From: an uncultured Lachnospiraceae bacterium
GTDB lineage: Bacteria > Bacillota > Clostridia > Lachnospirales > Lachnospiraceae
Length of the DNA: 64,000 bases
Reading direction: 5' to 3'
NCBI GenBank assembly: GCA_949740535.1
Contig: CATJHO010000098.1
Location: forward strand, 2,570 to 66,569
The notes beneath the pieces were generated by a model. It saw nothing but the letters and a program-made list of their open reading frames with translations, ran no database searches and was not told where the DNA came from. A program made the position numbers and the translations under genes. Positions 1-10,106 of this stretch are shown here, piece after piece. Each line of letters starts with the position of its first letter. Positions within the stretch are counted from its first letter, which is position 1.

Positions 1-43
1 AGCATCAGACACCAAAACACCATGGTGTAATTATGTGTTCTTT

Positions 44-72
44 ATCATACACTAATTAATGGAGAAATGCAA
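44..72 (-). promoter_or_regulatory. sigma70-type promoter firing leftwards out of the window
   Basis: Minus strand TTGCAT-N17-TATGAT just downstream of the ssb stop. Confidence 0.5.
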
Positions 73-94
73 ACCTTTTCAATTTCCGTATGGC

Positions 95-724
95 TTAATT
101 TTCGTCATAGTCTAGTTTGCTCACGGACACTTCATAAGCTATGCGCTTTTCGGATTCTTCTTCATCTATTTTTTTTACATATTCCCGGCTTTGGATTCTG
201 CCCCAGATTTGGGCATGGCCGCCTACCTCGAAGCCAGAGGCAAAACGGGCGTTCCGGCCCCAGCAGATACAGGGAATATAATCTGATTTTCCATAAGGAC
301 GGTTTACTGCAATGAGCAGATCCGCAATCTCTCTTCCCAGAGGCGTCTTTCGGTAGACCGGCGTCTTACATATGTATCCGTCCAGATAAATCTGATTGGT
401 TTTGGCATTTTCCACCTCATCCTCCAAAAACTCTACCTCCCTGGCAAAAACAGACAGAACCAGTCTGTTTTTCTTCTCTTCGTGCCTGTTATAAGAGCGG
501 AACTGGCCGGCAACACGGATATATTCTCCCGTATAATCCTCCCCTACATTGATCAGCCGCTCAGAAATCATAATCGGAATCACATCGGCCGAATCACTCA
601 GCCGTTTTACCAGCACATCCATCATGTAAAAGCCCTCTCCGAAGACCTCATGGCTGAATGTAAATTCCGAAACAATTTCTCCAATTACCGACACCTGGTT
701 GTTCTCAATGACCTTATCTGACAT
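95..724 (-). CDS. ssb: single-stranded DNA-binding protein, clostridial tandem-OB type
   Basis: Two OB-fold halves (NQVSVIG...V.GQFRSYN and NQIYLDG...SDYIPCICWGRNA...GRIQSREY); AGGGAG RBS upstream. Confidence 0.85.
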   Translation of the reverse strand: MSDKVIENNQVSVIGEIVSEFTFSHEVFGEGFYMMDVLVKRLSDSADVIPIMISERLINVGEDYTGEYIRVAGQFRSYNRHEEKKNRLVLSVFAREVEFLEDEVENAKTNQIYLDGYICKTPVYRKTPLGREIADLLIAVNRPYGKSDYIPCICWGRNARFASGFEVGGHAQIWGRIQSREYVKKIDEEESEKRIAYEVSVSKLDYDEN

Positions 725-892
725 TACGCAAGTTCTCCCTTCTTCTTCTTGTATTTTGGTATCTCTAAATATATATGTTGTCCAAAATAAATTTAGAACC
801 AGTTTATGGAATTTTTATATTTTTTTGTAATTGATTCAGACGGCGGGAAAACAGGCAGAAAAAGAAGCGGACAGGCAAATCAAATTTTTCTG

Positions 893-929
893 TTGTATTC
901 CTTGACAAATGTGGTAAACTATATAAGTT
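893..929 (+). promoter_or_regulatory. candidate typA promoter(s)
   Basis: TTGTAT-N16-(TG)TAAACT overlapping TTGACA-N16-TAAGTT. Confidence 0.45.
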
Positions 930-970
930 AATGCAGAAAATGTATTGAAAACAATAAAGAGGAAACAGTT

Positions 971-2794
971 ATGAAAAGAGAAGACATTCGAAATATAGCA
1001 ATTATAGCCCATGTCGATCATGGAAAAACCACACTGGTGGACGAGCTCTTAAAGCAGAGCGGCGTATTCCGCGCCAATCAGGCGGTAGCTGAGCGCGTTA
1101 TGGACTCCGGTGATATCGAACGGGAACGGGGTATTACGATTCTTTCCAAAAATACGGCCGTTACCTACAAGGATATTAAAATCAACATTATCGACACACC
1201 AGGACATGCGGACTTCGGCGGAGAGGTGGAGCGTGTTCTGAAGATGGTCAACGGCGTTATTCTGGTGGTAGACGCCTTTGAAGGCTCCATGCCCCAGACC
1301 AAATTCGTCCTCCGCAAAGCTCTGGAACTTAGTCTTCCAGTGATTGTCTGTATCAACAAAATCGACCGGCCGGAGGCACGGCCCGCGGAAGTCATTGATG
1401 AGGTTCTGGAGCTCCTGATGGATCTGGATGCCTCTGACGCACAGTTAGACTGTCCCTTTGTCTTTGCCTCTGCCAGAGACGGCTATGCGCTCCTTGACCT
1501 GAAAGATGAACCCAAAGACATGACACCGCTCTTTGAGACCATTATTAATTCCATCCCTGCCCCTGAAGGCGATCCGGACGCAGGAACCCAGGTACTCATC
1601 AGTACCATTGATTACAACGAATACGTGGGCCGTATCGGTGTGGGCAAGGTTGATAACGGCTCTATCCGGGTGAATCAGGAAATGGTCATGGTCAACCACC
1701 ACAGCCCGGATCAGTGCAAAAAGGTAAAAATCAGCCGGCTGTATGAGTTTGACGGCTTAAATAAGGTGGATGTTACAGAAGCAGGTATTGGTTCTATTGT
1801 AGCTATTTCCGGAATTGCGGATATCCACATCGGCGATACACTGTGCTCCCCGGAGTATCCCCTGCCTATCCCCTTCCAGAAGATTTCCGAGCCTACCATT
1901 TCCATGGATTTTCTGGTAAATGACAGCCCCCTTGCAGGCAGAGAAGGGAAATACGTCACCTCCCGCCATCTTCGGGACCGGCTTTTCCGGGAACTGAACA
2001 CGGATGTCAGCCTCCGCGTGGAGGAGACAGAGACCACAGAACGCTTCAAGGTCTCCGGCCGCGGCGAGCTGCATCTGTCTGTCTTAATCGAAAATATGCG
2101 CCGGGAAGGCTATGAATTCGCAGTGAGCAAAGCGGAAGTCCTCTACCGGACCGACGAAAAAGGCCATAAGCTGGAGCCCATGGAGCGTGCTTATGTGGAT
2201 GTGGACGACGAATTCTCCGGCAGCGTCATCCAAAAGCTTGGAGAACGCAAGGGCGAGCTCTTAAATATGAGCAGCAACGGCAGCGGCTCTACCCGGCTGG
2301 AATTTCTGATCCCTGCCCGCGGTCTTATCGGCTACCGGGGTGAATTTCTCACGGATACTAAGGGAACGGGGGTCCTTAATACCATTTTCGAGGGCTACGG
2401 TCCCTATAAGGGCGATATCCAGTACCGGAAACAGGGTTCTCTCATTGCCTTTGAAGCGGGAGATGCCATCACCTACGGTCTCTTCAATGCTCAGGAGCGG
2501 GGCGCTCTCTTTATCGGACCGGGCGAAAAGGTCTATGCGGGTATGGTTATCGGCCAGAACGGCAAGGCAGAAGACATTGAACTGAATGTGTGCAAGACCA
2601 AAAAGCTCACCAACACCCGATCCTCCAGTGCCGATGAGGCCCTGAAACTGACACCGCCCAGGGTGTTAAGCCTGGAACAGTGTCTGGAATTCATCGATAC
2701 CGACGAACTCCTGGAAATTACTCCTAAATCTCTGCGGATTCGGAAAAAGATACTGGACCCCACGCTTCGGAAACGGGCATCTTTTAACAAATAG
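971..2794 (+). CDS. typA: translational GTPase TypA/BipA
   Basis: IAIIAHVDHGKTT, RERGITI, DTPGHADFGGEVER, NKID, GRGELHL motifs; 607 aa. Confidence 0.98.
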   Translation: MKREDIRNIAIIAHVDHGKTTLVDELLKQSGVFRANQAVAERVMDSGDIERERGITILSKNTAVTYKDIKINIIDTPGHADFGGEVERVLKMVNGVILVVDAFEGSMPQTKFVLRKALELSLPVIVCINKIDRPEARPAEVIDEVLELLMDLDASDAQLDCPFVFASARDGYALLDLKDEPKDMTPLFETIINSIPAPEGDPDAGTQVLISTIDYNEYVGRIGVGKVDNGSIRVNQEMVMVNHHSPDQCKKVKISRLYEFDGLNKVDVTEAGIGSIVAISGIADIHIGDTLCSPEYPLPIPFQKISEPTISMDFLVNDSPLAGREGKYVTSRHLRDRLFRELNTDVSLRVEETETTERFKVSGRGELHLSVLIENMRREGYEFAVSKAEVLYRTDEKGHKLEPMERAYVDVDDEFSGSVIQKLGERKGELLNMSSNGSGSTRLEFLIPARGLIGYRGEFLTDTKGTGVLNTIFEGYGPYKGDIQYRKQGSLIAFEAGDAITYGLFNAQERGALFIGPGEKVYAGMVIGQNGKAEDIELNVCKTKKLTNTRSSSADEALKLTPPRVLSLEQCLEFIDTDELLEITPKSLRIRKKILDPTLRKRASFNK

Positions 2795-2797
2795 TAC

Positions 2798-2847
2798 AAA
2801 AAGGGACTGGCAGAAGACCACACCTCTTCGTCAGTCCCTCGTTTTTT
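2798..2847. terminator. bidirectional intrinsic terminator between typA and the ROK gene
   Basis: AGGGACTGGCAGAAGA...TCTTCGTCAGTCCCT stem flanked by A-tract and T-tract between convergent genes. Confidence 0.8.
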
Positions 2848-2884
2848 GTTCCCTCAGACAGCAAGCCGTGCGGACATGCCGGCA

Positions 2885-4054
2885 TTACATCTCCACCGGT
2901 TCCAGATTATCCGCTTCCAGAAATTCACTTAATATCACAGCGGCTGATGCTGCCATCTCGCTTTTGATATCTGCCCCCAGTACCTGAAACTCTCTGCTCA
3001 GGGACTTCCATACCAGCTTATCTGCTTTCTCCCTTACAATCTCCACCAGCTCCGGCCACTCCTGCTGCATCTGGCCGTGAAATAATACACATTTTGTGTC
3101 ATAATAATTGACCAGATTCGCTGTCATAATCGCAAACCGGTCTGTCACCTGATTAAGATAGGCCCAGATCTCCCGATCTTCCGCACTTCTGGCGATCACC
3201 TCTGAAAAAGGCATATGAAAATGCTCCTGAATACTGTTCATGCTCACATAAGTCTGAAAACAGCCATGTCTTCCACAGTCACAGAGAGGTCCATGGGGAT
3301 CCACAATTGTATGCCCAATCTCCCCGGCAAAATTGCCTGCTCCCCGGCAGAGCTTTCCCCTGGAAATCACTGCGGCTCCTACGCCGCTTCCCACATTAAA
3401 GACTATAAAATCCGTATATTCTTTCATTTCTCCAAAAAGATGCTCTGCAATGGCCATGGCTTTTACATTATTTTCCACCAGCACCGGCCGCTTTAACTGG
3501 CTTTCCAGCGCTTCCCGAAAACTGCAGTTCCCCCACCGGAACTGAGGCGAATACTGCATAATGCCCTCCGGCCATGCTACAGGTCCCGGCACGCTGATTC
3601 CAATACCCACAAGAGCCGGATCCAGCATCTTACGGTACCTGGTCATCAGCTCCTGAATCAAATCCACTGTCCGCTCAATGAGCCGCTCCTGACCGATACC
3701 ATCATCAATCGGCCTTTCTATGCTGGCGCACAGTTTTCCTTCCACATTGACAATTCCAGCCTGGATCAGGCCCCGATCTACGCTGACCCCCACAGCCAGC
3801 ACCCGGTGAGGATTCAGACTGAGGGAGGTTGCTTTTCTTCCAACCCCGCTTCCCTCCTGGCCCACTTCCTGTACAAACTGATTCTCAATAAGCTCCCCCA
3901 CAATTCTTCCGATGCTGGTGGGACTAAGCTTTGTAATCCGGGTCAGTTTTGCCTTTGTCGTAACCCCCTCGCTTTTAATCAGCCTGTAGATCATCTTCAT
4001 GTTTCTCTGATGCATCAGGTCTGAATCCTGTTTCACCACGTGCCTTTCCTGCAT
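2885..4054 (-). CDS. ROK family transcriptional repressor (XylR/NagC-like)
   Basis: N-terminal HTH (TKLSPTSIGRIVGEL), GIGISVPG, ENNVKA, GEIGH...CDCGRHGC zinc motif. Confidence 0.9.
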   Translation of the reverse strand: MQERHVVKQDSDLMHQRNMKMIYRLIKSEGVTTKAKLTRITKLSPTSIGRIVGELIENQFVQEVGQEGSGVGRKATSLSLNPHRVLAVGVSVDRGLIQAGIVNVEGKLCASIERPIDDGIGQERLIERTVDLIQELMTRYRKMLDPALVGIGISVPGPVAWPEGIMQYSPQFRWGNCSFREALESQLKRPVLVENNVKAMAIAEHLFGEMKEYTDFIVFNVGSGVGAAVISRGKLCRGAGNFAGEIGHTIVDPHGPLCDCGRHGCFQTYVSMNSIQEHFHMPFSEVIARSAEDREIWAYLNQVTDRFAIMTANLVNYYDTKCVLFHGQMQQEWPELVEIVREKADKLVWKSLSREFQVLGADIKSEMAASAAVILSEFLEADNLEPVEM

Positions 4055-4066
4055 ATCTTCAATCCT

Positions 4067-5035
4067 TTATCCTTCGCTGATTACCTCTCGGCGGCGCTCA
4101 GCAATATTCTGGATGATGACTGCGCTCAAAAGAATAAATCCCATAATAATCTGCTGCCAGTAGGTACTTACATCACCCATCATATTGATCATATTCTGAA
4201 TGACGCCCCATATCAGAATCCCGGCTGCTGCTCCGCTGATCTTTCCTTCGCCGCCCCGAATCAATGTTCCGCCCATTACAACTGCCGCAATGGTATACAT
4301 ATCCCAGCCGGTTCCCGTGAAGGGAATGCCGGCGTTCAATCTCGATGCCATCATTATACCACCAAATCCTGCCAATAGTCCACTGAAAATGTACAGCAGC
4401 ATCTTGGTCCTGGCCACCTGGATTCCCATCATAACAGCAGATTCTTCATTTCCGCCAATGGCATATACAGCCCTCCCATACCGCGTATGTTCTGCCACAA
4501 AAACTGCTGTACCTGCAGCGGCCGCAAAAACCAGAATTGGAAACGGGATATTCAGAATCAAACCTCTGCCCAGAAACGCAAATCCGGCGCTGTTCTCACT
4601 GATGGCCAGCGACTTTCCGTCATGAATGAGCAGCGCTATGCCATTGTAGGCAATCATCGTACCCAGCGTAGCAATGAACGGAAGGATCTTCAAAACTGCT
4701 ACCAGAAAACCGTTCAGAGCTCCCAGGAGCAGCGCTGTAAGAATCCCTCCTGCCACCGCTGCCGCCGTCCCGTAGGGAGACAAAAAAGCCGCCATCATAC
4801 TGCACACTGCTGCAATTCCGCCCACGGACAGATCTTTGCATCCTGCAATAATAATAAAATTCACCCCAATCGCTGCCAGCCCCAGCATACTGACCTGCCG
4901 TACCAGATTCAGAAGATTGCTCACAGACAGAAAATTCTTCCCGTTTAATATAGTAGAAATCAATGCCAGAAGAAGCAATGCTATCCAGGAACCGTTTTTT
5001 GCGAAAAAATTCTTTCCGCTCCATTTTTTCTTCAT
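4067..5035 (-). CDS. monosaccharide ABC transporter permease (RbsC/YjfF-like)
   Basis: DLSVG, PFIATLGTM, YGRAVYAIGGNEESA, IAAVVMGGT motifs. Confidence 0.92.
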   Translation of the reverse strand: MKKKWSGKNFFAKNGSWIALLLLALISTILNGKNFLSVSNLLNLVRQVSMLGLAAIGVNFIIIAGCKDLSVGGIAAVCSMMAAFLSPYGTAAAVAGGILTALLLGALNGFLVAVLKILPFIATLGTMIAYNGIALLIHDGKSLAISENSAGFAFLGRGLILNIPFPILVFAAAAGTAVFVAEHTRYGRAVYAIGGNEESAVMMGIQVARTKMLLYIFSGLLAGFGGIMMASRLNAGIPFTGTGWDMYTIAAVVMGGTLIRGGEGKISGAAAGILIWGVIQNMINMMGDVSTYWQQIIMGFILLSAVIIQNIAERRREVISEG

Positions 5036-5087
5036 TTCCGCCTCCTAATTCCCCATGTCCTGTCAATACCAGCACATCCTGCAGTCC

Positions 5088-6041
5088 CTATGCTTTGGAT
5101 TCTCTTCTCATATACAGCGAGAACAGAATAATAAATGCTTTTACAATATTAGAGATCTCATAGGGAATGTTATTCATATTGATTGTCATAGTTATGAGAA
5201 TCATGGTCATAACCCCAAAAAATGTCCCCGTAATATTGGGTTTTCCCCCATCCAGGGAAGTTCCCCCGATGGCCACAGCCGCAATGGCATCCACCTCATA
5301 CAGCCCGCCCACAATACTGGGATCTACTGCCCCGCTTCTGGCCGCCTCCAGAATTCCCGCTACAGCAGACATAACTCCTGAAAGCATATAGATTAGAACC
5401 GTCATTCCCACTATGCGGACCCCTGCCAGAAAGGCTGCTTTATTGTTATCTCCAATGGCCTCCACATAGCAGCCCAGAGCCGTCTTTTTCGCCAGAATAC
5501 TTCCCACGATAAAAATAACCGCCACATAAAGAATCTGAATGGGTACTCCCCCAGGAAAACGGTGCAGTCCCATGGCTGACAGAGTGCTGTTTGTGATGGG
5601 AATGCTCTTTCCCTTGCTGACAAAAATGGCAAATCCCCGCAGAATCATCTGCATCACAATGGTGAGAATGATAGGCTGAATCCCCATTTTTGATACCATA
5701 AATCCATTGAATATCCCTATCACCGCTCCTATCAGCAGAATAACAGCCACAGCCGCCAGTACCGGATACCCCAGCTGCAGCATGCGGGCCAGAATAATCG
5801 AGCAGAACGCCAGGATGGATCCTACTGACAGATCGATCCCGGAAGTTCCGATTACAAAGGTCATGCCCACCGAAATGTACATAATCGGCGTCATCTGGGC
5901 AATGATATTCCACATAACAGCCACATTGACAAAGTTAGGTGTAAAAACCGCATTCACCAGAATCAGGATAAGGAATACTGCTGCTGCCCCGTATTTTTGA
6001 AAAAGAATAGAAACTGTCTCTGCCTTATGAATTTTCTTCAT
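5088..6041 (-). CDS. monosaccharide ABC transporter permease (RbsC/YtfT-like)
   Basis: GIDLSVGS, AIGDNNKAA, DAIAAVAIGGTSL.GG motifs. Confidence 0.92.
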   Translation of the reverse strand: MKKIHKAETVSILFQKYGAAAVFLILILVNAVFTPNFVNVAVMWNIIAQMTPIMYISVGMTFVIGTSGIDLSVGSILAFCSIILARMLQLGYPVLAAVAVILLIGAVIGIFNGFMVSKMGIQPIILTIVMQMILRGFAIFVSKGKSIPITNSTLSAMGLHRFPGGVPIQILYVAVIFIVGSILAKKTALGCYVEAIGDNNKAAFLAGVRIVGMTVLIYMLSGVMSAVAGILEAARSGAVDPSIVGGLYEVDAIAAVAIGGTSLDGGKPNITGTFFGVMTMILITMTINMNNIPYEISNIVKAFIILFSLYMRRESKA

Positions 6042-6044
6042 CCC

Positions 6045-7571
6045 TTACTCCCCCCCTGTTTTGGCGGTATCTTCTCCGGCAATCATGTGCAGCAGATTAT
6101 CCGAGGTAATCTCCTCCCCAAAAAGCTCTCCAAACACACTGCCCTCACGAAGAACTGCGATCCGGTCACAGCCCCGGACCAGTTCTTCAATCTCTGATGA
6201 AATATATAAGACGCTGATACCCTCCCGCGCCAGCTGTTGTATCAGCTTTTCAATCTCTGCCTTAGCGCCCACGTCAATTCCCCTTGTGGGCTCGTCCAAT
6301 ATAATCAGTCTGGGTTTTCCCGCCAGCCACCGGGCAAGAATCACCTTCTGCTGGTTGCCTCCGCTTAAGGATCGCACTGCCGTACTCCCGGAAGGTGTTT
6401 TGATATTGATTTTCTGAATATACTCCTCAACAATCGCTTTCTTCTTCTTTGTCTGAACAAATCCTCCCCGAAGGAGACTGCGCAGTACGGAAATGGTCAG
6501 ATTATCTTCTACAGACATTCCTAAGAATACTCCTTCTGTCTTTCGATCCTCCGGACAATATACAATTCCTCTTTCAATGGACTTCCTGACACTGGGCAGA
6601 TGAACCTTTTCACCGTCAATCAGCACCTCTCCCTCATAAGCCGTATCCTCCCCAAAGATAATCTTGGCAAGCTCTGTCCGGCCGGATCCCAGAAGACCTG
6701 CAAGTCCTACAATCTCACCCTGTCTTATCTTCAGATTAACACCGTTAAGCCTGGTCTTTTTGCGGATATTCTTTACCTCACACATAACCGGTTTCTGCTC
6801 CCAGTCTGTTCTGTACTGCTTTCTCTGTCCGATAATTTCTGCCGCATCTCTGCCAATCATTTTGGATACCAGCGTATGATGGTTTATTTCTGCCATTTTG
6901 TAGGTTCCTGCCAGCTCACCATCTTTCAGAATGGTCACAGAATCACAGATCTGAAACAGCTCATCCATCCGATGGCTGACAAAAATTACCGCAATTCCCC
7001 GTTCCTTCAGATTTCGAATCACATCGAACAGCCGCTGTGTCTCTCTCTTGTCCAGGGAAGACGTAGCCTCGTCCATGATAAAGAGCTTCGCATCGGTCTG
7101 AAGGGCTCTGGCAATTGCCGCCATCTGCTGAAGGGCAGTACTCAGCTGGTTAATCTTCTGGGTGACATCAATCGAAATTCCCAGATCCCTGAGGGCTTCT
7201 TCCGCTCCCTTTTTCACCTGTTCCCAGTCAATTCTTCCATGTTTTATGGGTTCTTTGCCAATATAAATGTTTTCTGCTACAGACAGATAAGGAATCAGAT
7301 TGATCTCCTGGTAAATGGTGCTGACGCCCAGCCGCTGCATTTCAATGGCTGATTTGGGATGTACCCTTTTTCCGTCAAACTCGATCTCCCCCTCCTCAAA
7401 CTGATAAATTCCTGTAAGTATTTTAATCAGGGTGGACTTTCCTGCTCCGTTTTCTCCCATTAAGGCCCGTACTTCCCCCTTCTCAACCTCCATGGATACA
7501 TGAGACAGGGCCTTTACTCCCGGAAACTGCTTGGATACATCCCGAATCCGAAGCACTGCATGTTCCGCCAT
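6045..7571 (-). CDS. sugar ABC transporter ATP-binding protein (RbsA/YtfR-like, two NBDs)
   Basis: GENGAGKST, LSGGNQQKV, DEPTRGIDVGAK. Confidence 0.95.
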   Translation of the reverse strand: MAEHAVLRIRDVSKQFPGVKALSHVSMEVEKGEVRALMGENGAGKSTLIKILTGIYQFEEGEIEFDGKRVHPKSAIEMQRLGVSTIYQEINLIPYLSVAENIYIGKEPIKHGRIDWEQVKKGAEEALRDLGISIDVTQKINQLSTALQQMAAIARALQTDAKLFIMDEATSSLDKRETQRLFDVIRNLKERGIAVIFVSHRMDELFQICDSVTILKDGELAGTYKMAEINHHTLVSKMIGRDAAEIIGQRKQYRTDWEQKPVMCEVKNIRKKTRLNGVNLKIRQGEIVGLAGLLGSGRTELAKIIFGEDTAYEGEVLIDGEKVHLPSVRKSIERGIVYCPEDRKTEGVFLGMSVEDNLTISVLRSLLRGGFVQTKKKKAIVEEYIQKINIKTPSGSTAVRSLSGGNQQKVILARWLAGKPRLIILDEPTRGIDVGAKAEIEKLIQQLAREGISVLYISSEIEELVRGCDRIAVLREGSVFGELFGEEITSDNLLHMIAGEDTAKTGGE

Positions 7572-7594
7572 ATGATTACCTCCTCCTAATCCGG

Positions 7595-7637
7595 GGGCTG
7601 CCGGAATTAAGCCAAATGGCTTATCCTTTGGCAGCCC
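7595..7637 (-). other. intercistronic stem-loop after the substrate-binding protein gene (mRNA stabiliser or partial terminator)
   Basis: GGGCTGCC...GGCAGCCC outer stem with TAAGCCA/TGGCTTA inner stem. Confidence 0.6.
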
Positions 7638-7650
7638 GCCTGATTTTTAT

Positions 7651-8688
7651 CTAGAATGCTCTCTCCAGCGCTGTGTCAATGTTGGTGATATCAAAAACCA
7701 TATCCTCGCTGACGATTTCTGTGGGAACGCTCTCACCGTTCTCAAGCTTCTTAATTACGTCTACAACGCCTGGTCCGAAATGCGCATTGCACTCCACAAT
7801 ACATCCGATCTCTCCCGTCTTGATGGCCTCTACGGCTTCTTTCGTTCCGTCCACACCGATGAAGATAATATCTTCTCCCGGTTTCAGCCCCTGAGCCTTG
7901 GCTGACTGGATAGCTCCCAGTGTCATATCATCATTATCTGCATAAACCGCTGTGATCTCATCTCCATGGGCCTGCAGAATATTCTCAAATACCTTCTGAG
8001 CCTCTGCCCGCATGAAATTGGCTGTCTGTGAAGCGACAATCTTCATATCCGGGTATTCCTCCAGCACCTTCTTGAAGCCTTCCCGCCGGTCAATGCCTGA
8101 GGTGGCTCCTGGTGTTCCTTCCAGTACAACGATATTGGCCTTTCCGCCTGTTGCCTCTGCCAGCCACCGGGCAGCCGCTTCTCCCTCCCACACACAGTCG
8201 GACTGAAGACAGGTAACGTAGTCAACGCCTGCTTCCCCATTTGCCAGCCGGTCCACCAGTATCACAGGGATTCCCGCTGTCTTCGCAGCCGCCAGCGCTG
8301 TGGACAGGCCTTCCGCCTCTCTGGGAGCAATCACCAGATAGTCCGGTTTCTGGGAAATCAGATCTTCAATATCCGATACCTGCTTTTCTGTGGATGCCTG
8401 GGCATCTGTAAATAAAAGTTCCCAGCCCTCCGCGGCCACTGCTTCCCGGATGCTCTCTGTCTCGGCGATTTTAAAGCCTCCCACATTATCGGTCTGTGAA
8501 AATGCCACTACCAGCTTCTCTCCGCCGGCAGCTTTTGTCTGCTCCTGTCCCTGTTCTGCCTGTTTCTCCTGCTCCCGCGCCGGTTCCTGTGCAGCTGCAC
8601 CCGGAGCGGATTCCGTAGAACAGCCTGCCGCCAATACCGCCATAAGCCCTGCCAATACCATTGCTGACACCTTTTTCCTGTTTCTCAT
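7651..8688 (-). CDS. sugar ABC transporter substrate-binding lipoprotein (YtfQ/RbsB-like)
   Basis: Lipobox LAAGC; FSQ, IPVILVDR, IGVDG periplasmic-binding-protein type I motifs. Confidence 0.9.
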   Translation of the reverse strand: MRNRKKVSAMVLAGLMAVLAAGCSTESAPGAAAQEPAREQEKQAEQGQEQTKAAGGEKLVVAFSQTDNVGGFKIAETESIREAVAAEGWELLFTDAQASTEKQVSDIEDLISQKPDYLVIAPREAEGLSTALAAAKTAGIPVILVDRLANGEAGVDYVTCLQSDCVWEGEAAARWLAEATGGKANIVVLEGTPGATSGIDRREGFKKVLEEYPDMKIVASQTANFMRAEAQKVFENILQAHGDEITAVYADNDDMTLGAIQSAKAQGLKPGEDIIFIGVDGTKEAVEAIKTGEIGCIVECNAHFGPGVVDVIKKLENGESVPTEIVSEDMVFDITNIDTALERAF

Positions 8689-8704
8689 TTGTTTTCCTCC
8701 TTTT

Positions 8705-10105
8705 TTATTGCTTTTTCATGGCCTTTTTCCGGTTGAAGAAAAAGGGCCTTAACAACCCAAGTGAATTAGACATGGGAAGCACCTCCGGCTTCATCACAAT
8801 GCCGATTTCCTGTTCCATATACGTTCTGCGCTTCTGCATTCTGTCCCACATATCCGGGTACTTCAGCCGTATTTCTCTCTGCAGCTCCTGGTCTGCCAGC
8901 AGAATTCCATCCTCCATGTTTGAGGTAAAATAGGGCGGTATACTCTCCGGGATAATATCCAGCTGCAGAATCTGCCCGCTTTTTAATGGGATCTGCGAGC
9001 CTGAATAAATGGGAGATGCCAGCCATTCCTCTGTTCCGGTCAGATGTCCCGGATTTAACACCCAGCCAAATTTCTCTTTGGGGAAGCAGTGCTCCACCAA
9101 ATCATAGACAGCTCCTCCGGTAATTCCGATCTCCATCTGTTCCAGCCAGGATACGCCTGCGGCAAAATAGGGTTTTACCACCTGATCCAGATAATCTCTT
9201 ACTTCCTCCCGCAGCTGCTGCGCCTCTTCTACGGCGTACCCGGCCCGGCAGGTAAGACCGCCCCGCAGGCTGAAGGAGAAATTGATCACATCCCCTGTCT
9301 GAATTTTTCTGGATGTGGGACTGGTCAGGCTGACTGCCGTCCTTTCACCGGAAGCAAACATCACATGACTGGTCATGGGAAGCCCCATGGGAGATAAAAG
9401 CTCTGCCAGCTCCTGGCCGCTCTTTCCCGGCTCCATGAAAGCCAAAGCGTCCAGCATCTTGTTGGAAACCAGCGATGCGCCGTATTCAAAATAAGCAATC
9501 TGCTCTGCCTCATTGACGGTGCGCAGCCCCTTTTGGGGATCTATAAAAATTTCATTGGCATCCGTCAGGCAGTCCCTGTCTCCTGTCTGTTCCATGAGCT
9601 CCTGAACGAGATACCAGGGAATGTCCAGATATCCTTTTGTCTGCCTGCTTTTGGGAAATAACTTCCATCCACATACACCTGCCCTGCTCCCTTTTTGAAT
9701 CCCGGCTTTTTCCAGAATCTCTTTCAGTCCGCAGGATTCCTCTGCCGGCTGGTTTGGCAGTGAAAAGACCGGATACAAATGAGGCACTGCCGGAATCCTG
9801 GAAAGCCGGTGCAGGCTGAAGCATTCATTTCCCAGGACTACATGGCACTTCCCTTCCAGCGGGACAATCAGAGCTGCCTCCTCATACCTGGGATCGTAAC
9901 CGCACAGATATTCAAAATTTCCGCAGTGCTCCTTGTCCCCGTACAGGAACAGAAAATCCAGCTGTTCTTCCTTCATACGCTCCCTGACTTTTCCCAGCCG
10001 CTGTTCATACACAGCCTTTGGAATCTCCGGAAGCTCTTTTCCCATCCATTTCCCCGGATTCTTTACTTCTGCATACACAATCTGATCTGCTCTTGTAATG
10101 TCCAC
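8705..10105 (-). CDS. M24 (pita-bread fold) aminopeptidase/creatinase-like hydrolase
   Basis: LYGDKEH..NFEYL.GYDPRYEEA, LNPGHL, MEDG; start moved to GTG at 10105 because GAGGAGG lies 6 nt upstream and it avoids overlap with the upstream gene. Confidence 0.8.
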   Translation of the reverse strand: MDITRADQIVYAEVKNPGKWMGKELPEIPKAVYEQRLGKVRERMKEEQLDFLFLYGDKEHCGNFEYLCGYDPRYEEAALIVPLEGKCHVVLGNECFSLHRLSRIPAVPHLYPVFSLPNQPAEESCGLKEILEKAGIQKGSRAGVCGWKLFPKSRQTKGYLDIPWYLVQELMEQTGDRDCLTDANEIFIDPQKGLRTVNEAEQIAYFEYGASLVSNKMLDALAFMEPGKSGQELAELLSPMGLPMTSHVMFASGERTAVSLTSPTSRKIQTGDVINFSFSLRGGLTCRAGYAVEEAQQLREEVRDYLDQVVKPYFAAGVSWLEQMEIGITGGAVYDLVEHCFPKEKFGWVLNPGHLTGTEEWLASPIYSGSQIPLKSGQILQLDIIPESIPPYFTSNMEDGILLADQELQREIRLKYPDMWDRMQKRRTYMEQEIGIVMKPEVLPMSNSLGLLRPFFFNRKKAMKKQ

Positions 10106-10106
10106 G

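Noticed and set aside
1-40. Start of a leader with ACACCATGGTGT palindrome, possible riboswitch
   Set aside because: Cut by the window edge; too little sequence to assign
6050-6056. C7 run, and T8 runs near 169 and 58534, as further phase-variation sites
   Set aside because: Short, and the affected genes are in frame
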